The position numbers and the translations under genes are program-made. The notes under the pieces are model-generated. The model had not been told where the DNA came from and ran no database searches. It was given only the letters and a program-made list of their open reading frames with translations. This document shows, piece by piece, positions 55,629 through 64,000 of a DNA stretch of 64,000 nt. Positions within the stretch are counted from its first letter, which is position 1. Every line of letters starts with the position of its first letter. The DNA comes from SAR202 cluster bacterium bin87 (GTDB lineage Bacteria > Chloroflexota > Dehalococcoidia > Lucifugimonadales > UBA3495): assembly GCA_002238825.1 (NCBI GenBank), contig MPNC01000004.1, forward strand, positions 5,241 through 69,240, in the 5' to 3' direction.

Positions 55629-57005
55629 ATGACCTCCGCCGTAGTCATCGCCGGCGTCCGCTCCGGCGTCGGCAAGACCACCATTGCCAGCGGCGTCATG
55701 GGCGCGCTGGCCCGCCGCGGGATGCGGGTCCAGCCCTTCAAGGCCGGCCCCGACTACATCGACCCCTCGTACCACACCATCGCCTGCGGAGTGCCCTCCC
55801 GCAACCTGGACACCTGGCTGCTGCCCCATCCTGTGGTCTCCGAGCTGTTCCACCGGGCGGCCGGCGCGGCGGACATCGCGGTGGTCGAGGGCGTCATGGG
55901 CGTGTTTGATGGCCACTCCTCCTTGGATGAGGACGGCTCCACGGCCGAGTTGGCCAAGCTCCTCGACGCCCCGGTGATCCTCATCGCCGACGCCGGCAAG
56001 GTCGCCCGCAGCGTGGCCGCCGAGGTGTTGGGCTACCAGCAGTTCGACCCCGACCTGCGCGTGGCCGGCGTGATCCTCAACGGTGTGGGCAGCGAGCGGC
56101 ACCTGGAGTTCTGCCAACCCCAGATCGAGGCGACCACCGGCCTCCCCGTGGTGGGCTGGCTGCCCCGTCGTGATGACCTGGTGCAGCCCGAGCGCCACCT
56201 GGGCCTCATTCCCACCGCCGAGGGCACCGTCATGAACGACTGGTACGACGCCCTCAACGCCCAGATTGAGCAGACCATCGATCTGGACGCCATCGCCCGC
56301 ATCGCGGCCACCGCCGGCCGGCCCCGGGCGACCGCCGAGGGCGTCTTCCCGGCGACGCCGCAGGCTGCGCGTGCTGCCATCGCCGTGGCCCAGGATCGCG
56401 CCTTCTCGTTCTACTACCAGGACTCGCTGGACCTGCTGGCAGCATGGGGCGCGGAGATCGTGCCCTTCTCGCCTCTGGACGACGAGTCGCTGCCCGACGG
56501 GGTGGGCGGCGTCTACCTGGGTGGTGGGTTTCCGGAACTGTTCGCCGCAGATCTCTCCGGCAACGCCGGCATGCTGGAATCGATGCGACGAGCCGTTGCG
56601 CGCGGCCTGCCCATATACGCCGAGTGCGGCGGCCTGATGTACCTGGGGCGCAGCCTCTCCGACCTGGACGGCCAGCAGTACCCCATGGTCGGCGCAATTC
56701 CGGTCGTGTCCTCGATGGAAGGCCGGCGGCTGCACCTGGGCTACCGGGAAGTGTCGGCCTGCGGCGACGGCCCCCTGCTCACCGCCGGCCAGCAGGTGCG
56801 CGGGCACGAATTCCACTGGTCGGTGCTGCAGGACCCGCCCGACGCCGCCAGCGCCGCCTACCAGGTGGTCAACCAGGATGGTCGGCCCGAGGGCTTCCGC
56901 GCCGGCAGCGTGTGGGCATCCTACATCCACGTGCACCTGGGCAGCCGGCCCGGCCTGGCGAAACGGTTTGTGGATATCTGCGCGGCGGCAAAGGGAGGGT
57001 TTTAG
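55629..57005 (+). CDS. cbiA: Cobyrinate a,c-diamide synthase
   Basis: VIAGVRSGVGKTTIASGVMGAL...FKAGPDYIDPSYH, with a C-terminal glutamine amidotransferase part (YAECGGLMYL). Confidence 0.9.
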   Translation: MTSAVVIAGVRSGVGKTTIASGVMGALARRGMRVQPFKAGPDYIDPSYHTIACGVPSRNLDTWLLPHPVVSELFHRAAGAADIAVVEGVMGVFDGHSSLDEDGSTAELAKLLDAPVILIADAGKVARSVAAEVLGYQQFDPDLRVAGVILNGVGSERHLEFCQPQIEATTGLPVVGWLPRRDDLVQPERHLGLIPTAEGTVMNDWYDALNAQIEQTIDLDAIARIAATAGRPRATAEGVFPATPQAARAAIAVAQDRAFSFYYQDSLDLLAAWGAEIVPFSPLDDESLPDGVGGVYLGGGFPELFAADLSGNAGMLESMRRAVARGLPIYAECGGLMYLGRSLSDLDGQQYPMVGAIPVVSSMEGRRLHLGYREVSACGDGPLLTAGQQVRGHEFHWSVLQDPPDAASAAYQVVNQDGRPEGFRAGSVWASYIHVHLGSRPGLAKRFVDICAAAKGGF

Positions 57006-57680
57006 ATGGCCACCCCGACGACAACTGTGTTGCCTACTCTTCTGCGTACCGTCCGCATGCCTTCGGACTTCGAGGGCTATGTACTGATTCCGCTGGCAGA
57101 GTTCGGTCTGTCGCTGGACAGTCCAGATTTGGGCGTCTGGCTGGAAGGATTTGCAGGGCGAAACAAAGACGCAGTGGGCGATTTTGAGATCACCGCCCGT
57201 GGCGAGCTGAAAATCATGTCGCCGATAGGAATGCCAGGAGACTGGCACCAGGCTGAGATCATGACCAGCCTGGGAGTGTGGGCGCGAGAAGCAGGCGGTA
57301 GAGCGGGTGACCCCACGTCGGCGTTTTGGCTAGTTGATGGCTCTTTACGTGGCCCTGACACTTGGTGGATGTCCGCAGAACGCTGGAACTCGCTGCCAGC
57401 AGAGGCACGCAAGCCGTTCCGGGCCGGGGTTCCCGATTTCCTCGTCGAAATAGTGTCGTCGTCCAACCGGGAATCGGAGCTGGAAGATAAGGTGGAAGTG
57501 TACTTGCAAGGCGGCGCGCGCCTGGTCTGGGTGATCAACGCCCGCCTGCGTCGCGTCACCGTATACCGCGCCGGCGCGGAGCCGGAGATACTGCAGGACC
57601 CGGATATGCTGGGTGGCGGCGACGTGCTGCCCGGCTTCGCCTTCAACGTGCGCGAACGCATTTTCGACAACGTCCCTTGA
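57006..57680 (+). CDS. Uma2 family (DUF820) endonuclease
   Basis: VPDFLVEIVSSSNRESELEDKVEVYLQGGARLVWVIN. Confidence 0.8.
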   Translation: MATPTTTVLPTLLRTVRMPSDFEGYVLIPLAEFGLSLDSPDLGVWLEGFAGRNKDAVGDFEITARGELKIMSPIGMPGDWHQAEIMTSLGVWAREAGGRAGDPTSAFWLVDGSLRGPDTWWMSAERWNSLPAEARKPFRAGVPDFLVEIVSSSNRESELEDKVEVYLQGGARLVWVINARLRRVTVYRAGAEPEILQDPDMLGGGDVLPGFAFNVRERIFDNVP

Positions 57681-57722
57681 TCTCGATCAGTTTGATGAAA
57701 GCAATGCAGGAGGGATGCTCAC

Positions 57723-58292
57723 ATGACTACGCAGGAAACGCGCCACGGCCCGCAGTCGGTTCGTGGCCCCCGCATCAACAAGGGCCTGGTGATCGTTAAC
57801 ACCGGCAACGGCAAGGGCAAGACCACCGCCGCCATGGGCGTGCTGATGCGGGCCTGGGGCCGCGACATGAAGGTCGTGATGCTCCAGTTCATCAAGCACA
57901 CCACCGCCAACTTTGGTGAGCAGCGCGCCGCCGAGAAGATGGGCGTCACCGTCCGCGCCATGGGTGACGGCTTCACCTGGCGCTCCCAGGATCTGGACGC
58001 CAGCGCCGATCTGGCCCGCGCCCTGTGGGAGGATGCCAAGGAGGTCATCGCCGCCGGGGAGTTTGACCTGGTGATCCTCGACGAGTTCACCTACCCCATG
58101 CACTACGGCTGGCTGCCCGTTGAGGACGTTGTCGACGCCCTCAAAGCCCGCCCCGAGATGCAGCACGTCATCATCACCGGCCGTCACGCTCCGGAGGCCC
58201 TGGTCGAGTACGCCGATCTGGTCACCGAGATGAACGTCGTCAAGCACCCCTACGACGCCGGCATCAAGGCCCAGCCCGGCATCGAATTCTGA
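57723..58292 (+). CDS. cobO: Cob(I)yrinate a,c-diamide adenosyltransferase
   Basis: [26 protein letters not shown]...VILDEFTYP. Confidence 0.9.
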   Translation: MTTQETRHGPQSVRGPRINKGLVIVNTGNGKGKTTAAMGVLMRAWGRDMKVVMLQFIKHTTANFGEQRAAEKMGVTVRAMGDGFTWRSQDLDASADLARALWEDAKEVIAAGEFDLVILDEFTYPMHYGWLPVEDVVDALKARPEMQHVIITGRHAPEALVEYADLVTEMNVVKHPYDAGIKAQPGIEF

Positions 58293-58308
58293 CCTGGGCG
58301 CCGCCGCC

Positions 58309-58403
58309 GCATGGGTGGTCGTCACCGCGAGGAGCGCAGCGACGTGGCGATCCCGTTCCCGTGGCGATGGTTGTTGCCCTGACGAGATTGCCACGCTTCG
58401 CTC
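58309..58403. repeat. REP-like palindromic repeat pair
   Basis: Same family as 54109-54375. Confidence 0.85.
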
Positions 58404-58428
58404 GCAATGACAGGAGCCGGGAATATTC

Positions 58429-59499
58429 ATGAGCATCTCACCACTGGTTGACCAGACCATCGCCGCCGTCGGCCCGCTGGACGCCGCCGCAGTTGCCGCC
58501 GCCGAGGCCCGACAGGGCGTGCTCACCAAGCCGCCGGGGAGCTTGGGCCGGCTGGAAACGCTGTCCATTCAACTGGCGGGCATACTGGGCCAGCCGGTAC
58601 CGGAAATCACCGGCAAGGCGGTAATCGTGGTGGCCGGCGACCATGGGGTCGCTTCCGAAGGGGTGTCAGCCTATCCTGCCGAGGTCACGCCGCAGATGGT
58701 GTTCAACTTCGTGGCCGGTGGCGCGGCCATCAACGCGCTGGCCCGTCACGCCGGCGCAAACATCTCCGTCATCGACGCCGGCGTGGCCGTGGACCTCGAC
58801 CCGCAGCCCGGCCTCACCATCGCCAAGGTCGGCTATGGCGCCGGCAACATCGCCCGTGGGCCTGCCATGAGCCGGGAGGACGCCGTCCGTTGCCTGGAGA
58901 TCGGCATCAACGCCGCCAATGAGCAGGCCGACGCCGGCGCCAACCTCATCGCCGGCGGCGACATGGGCATTGGCAACACCACGCCGTCGGCCGCCATCAC
59001 CGCCGCCGTCACCGGCGCGGACGTGGCAACGGTCACCGGCCGGGGCACCGGCGTGGACGATGCTGGCCTGGAGGGCAAGATCGCCACCATCCGCCGCGCC
59101 CTGGAGTCGAACCGGCCCGACGGCGGCGACGGTCTGGACGTGCTCACCAAGGTGGGCGGGTTCGAGATCGGCGTGCTGGCTGGCGTCATGCTGGGCGCAG
59201 CCGCGCGCAACTGCGCCGTCGTCGTCGATGGGTTCATCAGCGGCGCGGCGGCCCTCATCGCCTGGCGGCTGTGCCCGAACATCGCCCAACGCTACATCGC
59301 CGCGCACCGCTCCGTCGAGCCGGGCCACAACGTCGGCCTGCAGGCAATGGGATTGTCCCCGCTGCTGGACATGGAGATGCGCCTCGGCGAGGGCACCGGC
59401 GCGGCCCTGGCCATGCCCATCATTGAGGCCGCGGCCAAAACCCTGGCGGAGATGGCGACCTTCGCCGAGGCCGGCGTCTCCGACCGCGAGGACGGTTAA
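58429..59499 (+). CDS. cobT: Nicotinate-nucleotide--dimethylbenzimidazole phosphoribosyltransferase
   Basis: LTKPPGSLGRLETLSIQLAGI...GDMGIGNTT...EMRLGEGTGAA. Confidence 0.9.
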   Translation: MSISPLVDQTIAAVGPLDAAAVAAAEARQGVLTKPPGSLGRLETLSIQLAGILGQPVPEITGKAVIVVAGDHGVASEGVSAYPAEVTPQMVFNFVAGGAAINALARHAGANISVIDAGVAVDLDPQPGLTIAKVGYGAGNIARGPAMSREDAVRCLEIGINAANEQADAGANLIAGGDMGIGNTTPSAAITAAVTGADVATVTGRGTGVDDAGLEGKIATIRRALESNRPDGGDGLDVLTKVGGFEIGVLAGVMLGAAARNCAVVVDGFISGAAALIAWRLCPNIAQRYIAAHRSVEPGHNVGLQAMGLSPLLDMEMRLGEGTGAALAMPIIEAAAKTLAEMATFAEAGVSDREDG

Positions 59500-59564
59500 C
59501 GAACCGAAACGCCAGCCCGGTTAAGAGCCTCGATTCCTCACGCGTACCCAGTTTCACCGGAACC

Positions 59565-59655
59565 GTCATTGCGAGCGAAGCGCGGCAATCTCGTTGGGGC
59601 ACGGAACGCTACTACGGGAACGCGATCGCCACGTCGCTTCGCTCCTCGCGATGAC
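59565..59655. repeat. REP-like palindromic repeat pair
   Basis: Same family as 54109-54375. Confidence 0.85.
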
Positions 59656-59751
59656 AAAATGGGTACGCGTGAGCCTCGATTCACCGGGATATACATGATC
59701 AGCCGGATACACAGGATGTGTTCCCGATCATTCTGCGCATCGCGGTAAATT

Positions 59752-60636
59752 ATGCGCTATCTGTTCGCCTCATTCCTGGTGGCGCTGTCCTTCCTGACGC
59801 TGCTGCCGGTCGGGGTGACAAACCCCACCGACGCCGAAATCTCCCGCTCCCGGGGCTGGTACCCCATTGTTGGCCTGCTCTACGGGCTGATGCTGGTGGG
59901 GTTGGTCGGGCTGTTCATCCTGGTATCCCCGATCCTCGCCCGCACTCTGCTGGCGGTCGCGCTGCTGGTGATCGTCCCGGCCCTGGTCAACCGGTTCCTG
60001 CACCTGGACGGCCTGATGGACTTCTGCGACGCCATGTGGGGCGGTCGCACTGTGGAACGGCGGCTGGAGATCATGCGGGACTCCCGCGTGGGCTCGTTCG
60101 CCGTGGCCGGCTGCCTCTGCGTGCTGCTGCTGAAGTTTGCCGCTCTGTACACCCTCGCTCTGTCGGACGCGTTTTTCGTCTCCCTACTGGTCTTCCCGGT
60201 GATATCGCGGTGGTCCATGGCGCTGCTGCTGACGGCCTTTCCCTACGGACGCCAACAGGGGATTGGCAGCGCGTTTTTCGCTGGAAACCGCCCCTGGCTG
60301 GCGACCGCGCTGGCCCTGCTGACCACGGTCGTCGTGTGCTGGCTGTCGCTGGGCGTGGTGGGCGTATCGGTGCTGGCAATGTCGTCACTGCTGGCCCTGG
60401 CATTGGGCCTCTGGACCGCCCGTCGCCTGGGCGGCGGTCTCACCGGCGATTGCTACGGCGCCGCCAATGAGATCATCGAAGCCTTCTCGTTGTCCTGCTT
60501 CGCGGTATGGCTCCATTTCGCCGTACCGTCCTATGTCGATACCGGTTACGGGTCCGGCGTCTTCTTCCGCTACCTCAATTGGCTGCCATTGCAGCGCGGC
60601 TGGTTCTCGTACAGCGGGATCGGTCTGACCAACTGA
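59752..60636 (+). CDS. cobS: Adenosylcobinamide-GDP ribazoletransferase (cobalamin synthase)
   Basis: MRYLFASFLVALSFLTLLPVG...HLDGLMDFCDA; polytopic membrane protein. Confidence 0.85.
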   Translation: MRYLFASFLVALSFLTLLPVGVTNPTDAEISRSRGWYPIVGLLYGLMLVGLVGLFILVSPILARTLLAVALLVIVPALVNRFLHLDGLMDFCDAMWGGRTVERRLEIMRDSRVGSFAVAGCLCVLLLKFAALYTLALSDAFFVSLLVFPVISRWSMALLLTAFPYGRQQGIGSAFFAGNRPWLATALALLTTVVVCWLSLGVVGVSVLAMSSLLALALGLWTARRLGGGLTGDCYGAANEIIEAFSLSCFAVWLHFAVPSYVDTGYGSGVFFRYLNWLPLQRGWFSYSGIGLTN

Positions 60637-60641
60637 ACTCT

Positions 60642-61622
60642 ATGGATCCGATAGCCGCCGCGCTCACCGCCCTGCCCATCCCGCTGGACGTGCTGGTTCT
60701 CCTGCTGGCGCTCCTGCTGGACCTCACGCTGGGGGAGCCGCCCAACCGCCTGCACCCCACGGTGTGGATCGGCAACACCGTTGCCCTGGCGGAGCGGATT
60801 GCGCCCGGCGCGTCGGCAGCGTCGTCGCTGCAACTGGCCTTCGGCGCCGGCATGGCCCTGCTGATCCCGGCAGCCTGGGGCGCGGCGGCATGGGCGCTCG
60901 CCTTCGGGTTGATACAATTGCACCCGCTGGCCTATGTCATCGTGGTCGCTGTGCTTCTGAAAACCACCTTCTCGGTGCGGATGCTGCACCGGGTCGCCGC
61001 CGGCATCGGCTCGATCCTGACCGCCGGGGACATCGCGGAGGCGCGGCGTCAGATGTCGTCCCTGGTCAGCCGCGACACATCCCAGCTAACCGCCGGCCAG
61101 ATGGCCGCCGGCGCCATCGAGTCCGTCGCCGAGAACATCACCGACAGCATCGTGGGCCCGCTGCTGGCCTTTGCCCTGTTCGGCCTGCCCGGCGCGGTGG
61201 CCTACCGGGCGATCAACACCCTGGACAGCATGGTCGGCTACCACGGCCGCTACGAGTACCTGGGCAAGGCGTCGGCGCGGCTGGATGACCTGGTTAATTT
61301 GATACCAGCGCGGATCGCGGCGCTGCTGCTGTGGCTGTCCACCGCCGTGCTGCCCAGCATGGCCGGCGGCCGGGCCTGGCGCATCATGTTCGCCCACCGT
61401 GGCCGCACCGAGTCGCCCAACGCCGGCTGGACCATGGCGGCCATGGCCGGCGGCCTGGGCGTCACGCTGGAAAAGGTCGGCCACTACCGCCTCGGCGACC
61501 CCGCGCCGGAGCCCGAGGCGCAGCATATCGGACGCGCCACCCGCGCCCTCTACGTCACCACTGCGCTGGCCGCCGCCGCCGCCATCGGCATCGTCTGGCT
61601 GCGGTGGGCGTACTGGCCGTAG
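60642..61622 (+). CDS. cbiB: Adenosylcobinamide-phosphate synthase
   Basis: Start moved to MDPIAAAL. LGEPPNRLHPTVWIGN...SPNAGW motifs; membrane protein. Confidence 0.85.
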   Translation: MDPIAAALTALPIPLDVLVLLLALLLDLTLGEPPNRLHPTVWIGNTVALAERIAPGASAASSLQLAFGAGMALLIPAAWGAAAWALAFGLIQLHPLAYVIVVAVLLKTTFSVRMLHRVAAGIGSILTAGDIAEARRQMSSLVSRDTSQLTAGQMAAGAIESVAENITDSIVGPLLAFALFGLPGAVAYRAINTLDSMVGYHGRYEYLGKASARLDDLVNLIPARIAALLLWLSTAVLPSMAGGRAWRIMFAHRGRTESPNAGWTMAAMAGGLGVTLEKVGHYRLGDPAPEPEAQHIGRATRALYVTTALAAAAAIGIVWLRWAYWP

Positions 61623-61669
61623 TGTAAAATGCGGGCAAGGCCATCCAGGACGGCCACAGGGGGTCACCG

Positions 61670-62254
61670 ATGATCGTCATGCGCCACGGAGATCTAATGA
61701 CGCTCTCCGAGTACCGCCTCACTCCGGAAAATGACGGTGTTTGGGACCTGATTGACGGGGTGCTGGAGAAGCAACCCCTCGCTACCTTGGTACACCAAAT
61801 GGTCCTGGGCGAATTGTTAACTCGGATCAATGAGTTCACCACTGCAACCGACCCGTCGCTGGGGCTCGGAATCCGCAATATCGGCGTGGCGTTTTCGGAA
61901 TCCTTCGCGCCTACGCCCGACATCGTCTATGCGCGTCGCGAGCATTTCCACCTGATGCGCGGCAGTTTCATGGAAGGCACCCCCGATTTGTTGGTTGAAG
62001 TCCTGTCTCAGGACCGTGACCGGGATCTGGTGAGGAAGCGAGACAGATACGCTGCCGCAGGAGTTCCCGAGTACTGGATAGTTGACCCGGACAACGAGAT
62101 CATTCTGGTTTTGGAACTGTCTGAAGGCCAGTACGTGGATCGAACGGTGCGCCGCACCGAGGCTCTGACAACGCCCACGATACCGGGCTTTGAATTGTCC
62201 TTGGAACGTCTTTTCGGGCACCAGTTCCTCGCGCAGCTCCGCGAAAACGGTTAG
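61670..62254 (+). CDS. Uma2 family (DUF820) endonuclease
   Basis: TPDLLVEVLSQDRDRDLVRKRDRYAAAGVPEYWIVDP. Confidence 0.8.
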   Translation: MIVMRHGDLMTLSEYRLTPENDGVWDLIDGVLEKQPLATLVHQMVLGELLTRINEFTTATDPSLGLGIRNIGVAFSESFAPTPDIVYARREHFHLMRGSFMEGTPDLLVEVLSQDRDRDLVRKRDRYAAAGVPEYWIVDPDNEIILVLELSEGQYVDRTVRRTEALTTPTIPGFELSLERLFGHQFLAQLRENG

Positions 62255-62264
62255 GCTCGCAAGG

Positions 62265-63407
62265 ATGGTAGACGAAGCTTCATACCCCAACCCGCCGGCC
62301 CGCCCCGTCCACGGCGGCATCAAGGAGGCCGAGCTGCGCGAGCTGGGCCTGCGCCTGGAGGACTGCCTCGACTTCTCCGCCAGCGTGAGCCCCCTGGGGC
62401 CGCCGGAAGGTGTCGCCGAAGCCATCGCCGCTGTTGACCTCACCGCCTATCCCGACCCCCACTGCCTGGCGCTCACCGAGGCCATCGCCGCGCACCACGT
62501 CGGCGACGGCGTGTCCATCGGCAACGTCATCGTCGGCAACGGGTCCACCGAGATCATCCACCTGCTGACCCGCGTCTGGATCGGCTCGCCGCCGGCAGGC
62601 TGCGCTCGGGGCGCGCTGTTGCTGACGCCCACCTACGGCGAGTACGACGGCGCGGTACGCATCTCCGGTGGCAAAGTGAAGACCCTCACCGCAACCCGGT
62701 GCAGCGGCGGGTTCGCGTGGGACACGGCAGCCGTCACCGCCGCCATCGCCGCCGAGCGTCCGTCGCTGACCTTCATCTGCAACCCCAACAATCCCACGGG
62801 CGTGCTGATGGATCGTGGTCAACTCGCGATGATCGCCGACGCCGTTGCCAGCGTTGGCGGCCTGCTGGTGGTCGACGAGGCCTACATCAACCTGTCCGAG
62901 CAACGCGCCGAAGCCGATGTGATTGCACTGGCCGCAGGCCACGGCTCGGTGGTCGCGCTGCGCTCCATGACCAAGGACTACGCGCTGACCACCCTGCGCC
63001 TCGGCTACGCGGTGGCCAGTGAGCCGGTCATCGCCCGCCTGGCCGCGCTGCAGCCCGACTGGAGCGTCAACGGCCTGGCCCAGGTAGCGGGTCTGGTGGC
63101 CATCGCGGACCCGTCGTACCTGGAGCGGGCGAGAGCGGCAGTGGCTGCCTCCCGCGACTGCATGGTGGAGCGCCTGTCCGATCTGGGCATCCGCTGCTAT
63201 CCCACGGCGGCCAACTTTGTGCTGGCGCAGGTGGGCGACGCCGGCCGGCTGCGGGACGACCTCGCCCGGCGGGGGCTGTTCGTGCGGGACTGCACGTCCT
63301 TCGGCCTGCCCGACTGCATCCGCATCGGCCTGCGCCCGGTGGAAGACTGCGAGAGGTTGGCCGATGCCATCGCCGAAGTGATGGATTCCGGCTCAAGGCC
63401 GGAATGA
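62265..63407 (+). CDS. cobD: Threonine-phosphate decarboxylase (class I/II aminotransferase fold)
   Basis: Start moved to MVDEASYPNP. HGG...LDFSASVSPLGPP...NPNNPTG...SMTKDYALTTLRLGY (PLP Lys). Confidence 0.8.
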   Translation: MVDEASYPNPPARPVHGGIKEAELRELGLRLEDCLDFSASVSPLGPPEGVAEAIAAVDLTAYPDPHCLALTEAIAAHHVGDGVSIGNVIVGNGSTEIIHLLTRVWIGSPPAGCARGALLLTPTYGEYDGAVRISGGKVKTLTATRCSGGFAWDTAAVTAAIAAERPSLTFICNPNNPTGVLMDRGQLAMIADAVASVGGLLVVDEAYINLSEQRAEADVIALAAGHGSVVALRSMTKDYALTTLRLGYAVASEPVIARLAALQPDWSVNGLAQVAGLVAIADPSYLERARAAVAASRDCMVERLSDLGIRCYPTAANFVLAQVGDAGRLRDDLARRGLFVRDCTSFGLPDCIRIGLRPVEDCERLADAIAEVMDSGSRPE

Positions 63408-63469
63408 CCAAGCGAAGTAGCCGGAATGACTGAGTAAAGCTGCCGTAATGACCAAGTGAAGGGAGCAAC

Positions 63470-64000
63470 ATGGGCATCATCTATATCACCAGGCACGGCG
63501 AGACCGAGTGGAACGCCGAGGGCCGCATCCAGGGCCACACCGACGTGCCGCTGTCCGACCGGGGACGCGAGCAGGCGCAGATGCTGTCGCGCCGCCTCGC
63601 CAAGGTTCAAATCGACGCCACCTATTCGTCCGACCTTGCTCGCGCCGCCGAGACCGCCCGCGTCGCTCTGGGTGAGCGGGACATCCCCATCACCTTCACC
63701 GAGGAGCTGCGGGAATACAGCAAGGGCGTCTTTGAGGGCCTGACCGAGGCCGAGTACCGAGAGGCCTACCCCGATCTCTACGAGCCGTCCCTGGAGAACA
63801 ACCTGGACTTCGCGCCCCCCAACGGCGAGACCATCCGCGACACCAGCGCCCGTCTGGCCCGCATCGTGCAGCGGGTGAAGCACGCGCACCTGGACGAGAA
63901 CGTCCTCCTCGTCGGCCACGGCGGCAGCCTCCGCGCCGGCATCGTCTCCCTGCTGGATCTCCCCCTGGAGGCCAACTGGAAGTTCGCCATGCACAACTGC
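63470..64000 (+). CDS. cobC: Histidine-phosphatase family, alpha-ribazole phosphatase-like (partial, runs off the window)
   Basis: SD GAAGGGAG. MGIIYITRHGETEWNAEGRIQGHTDVPLS...LLVGHGGSLRA. Open frame to position 64000; absent from the ORF track because it has no stop. Confidence 0.8.
   Translation, partial: MGIIYITRHGETEWNAEGRIQGHTDVPLSDRGREQAQMLSRRLAKVQIDATYSSDLARAAETARVALGERDIPITFTEELREYSKGVFEGLTEAEYREAYPDLYEPSLENNLDFAPPNGETIRDTSARLARIVQRVKHAHLDENVLLVGHGGSLRAGIVSLLDLPLEANWKFAMHNC

Noticed and set aside
55011-57248. 745-aa minus-strand ORF
   Set aside because: It is antisense to the ChuX-like gene and cbiA, whose motifs are unambiguous. This is a typical high-GC shadow ORF.
57687-58568. 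293-aa minus-strand ORF
   Set aside because: It is antisense to cobO and runs through a REP cluster, giving the CHCERSVAIS-type translation of the repeat.

Overview
This is a high-GC (~60%) bacterial chromosomal window. The repeat content (CHASLAMT-type REP hairpins, Uma2 nucleases, a plant-type LRR lipoprotein) is reminiscent of Chloroflexota, but taxonomy is unverified. The window falls into four blocks. (1) 1-1442 is core DNA: a Rieske-domain gene and the C-terminal part of an SDH-family Clp-fold serine protease. (2) 1443-49602 is a ~48.2-kb accessory island inserted inside that protease gene. A 7-bp direct repeat, CGTTGGT, sits at both junctions, and removing the island restores the reading frame. 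I recognise no integrase in the island. It encodes many small membrane proteins and a four-gene cassette of unknowns (3.5-6.7 kb). It also holds a secretome cluster (10.4-28.0 kb): a 2037-aa CARDB/FN3/metzincin protein, a TolB-like propeller, an LRR lipoprotein, FN3 proteins and two paralogues. Further contents are an orphan Cas4-like nuclease next to a SWIM+DDE IS, three paralogous coiled-coil/wHTH proteins, three copies of a sORF-plus-structured-leader element, and a translationally coupled ATPase-HNH-aspartic protease operon (Septu-like with extra parts). (3) 49.6-54.1 kb holds the N-terminal protease fragment, a decayed serine recombinase, another multi-frameshift pseudogene and more 20-bp iteron-like arrays. 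(4) 54.1-64.0 kb holds a cobalamin riboswitch and a cob/cbi operon interrupted by two Uma2 genes and REP hairpins. Its last gene (cobC-like phosphatase, 63470 to the window end) is open at the edge and absent from the ORF track. All family names come from motif recognition by eye; no database search was run. Many long antisense ORFs in the track are high-GC shadow frames.
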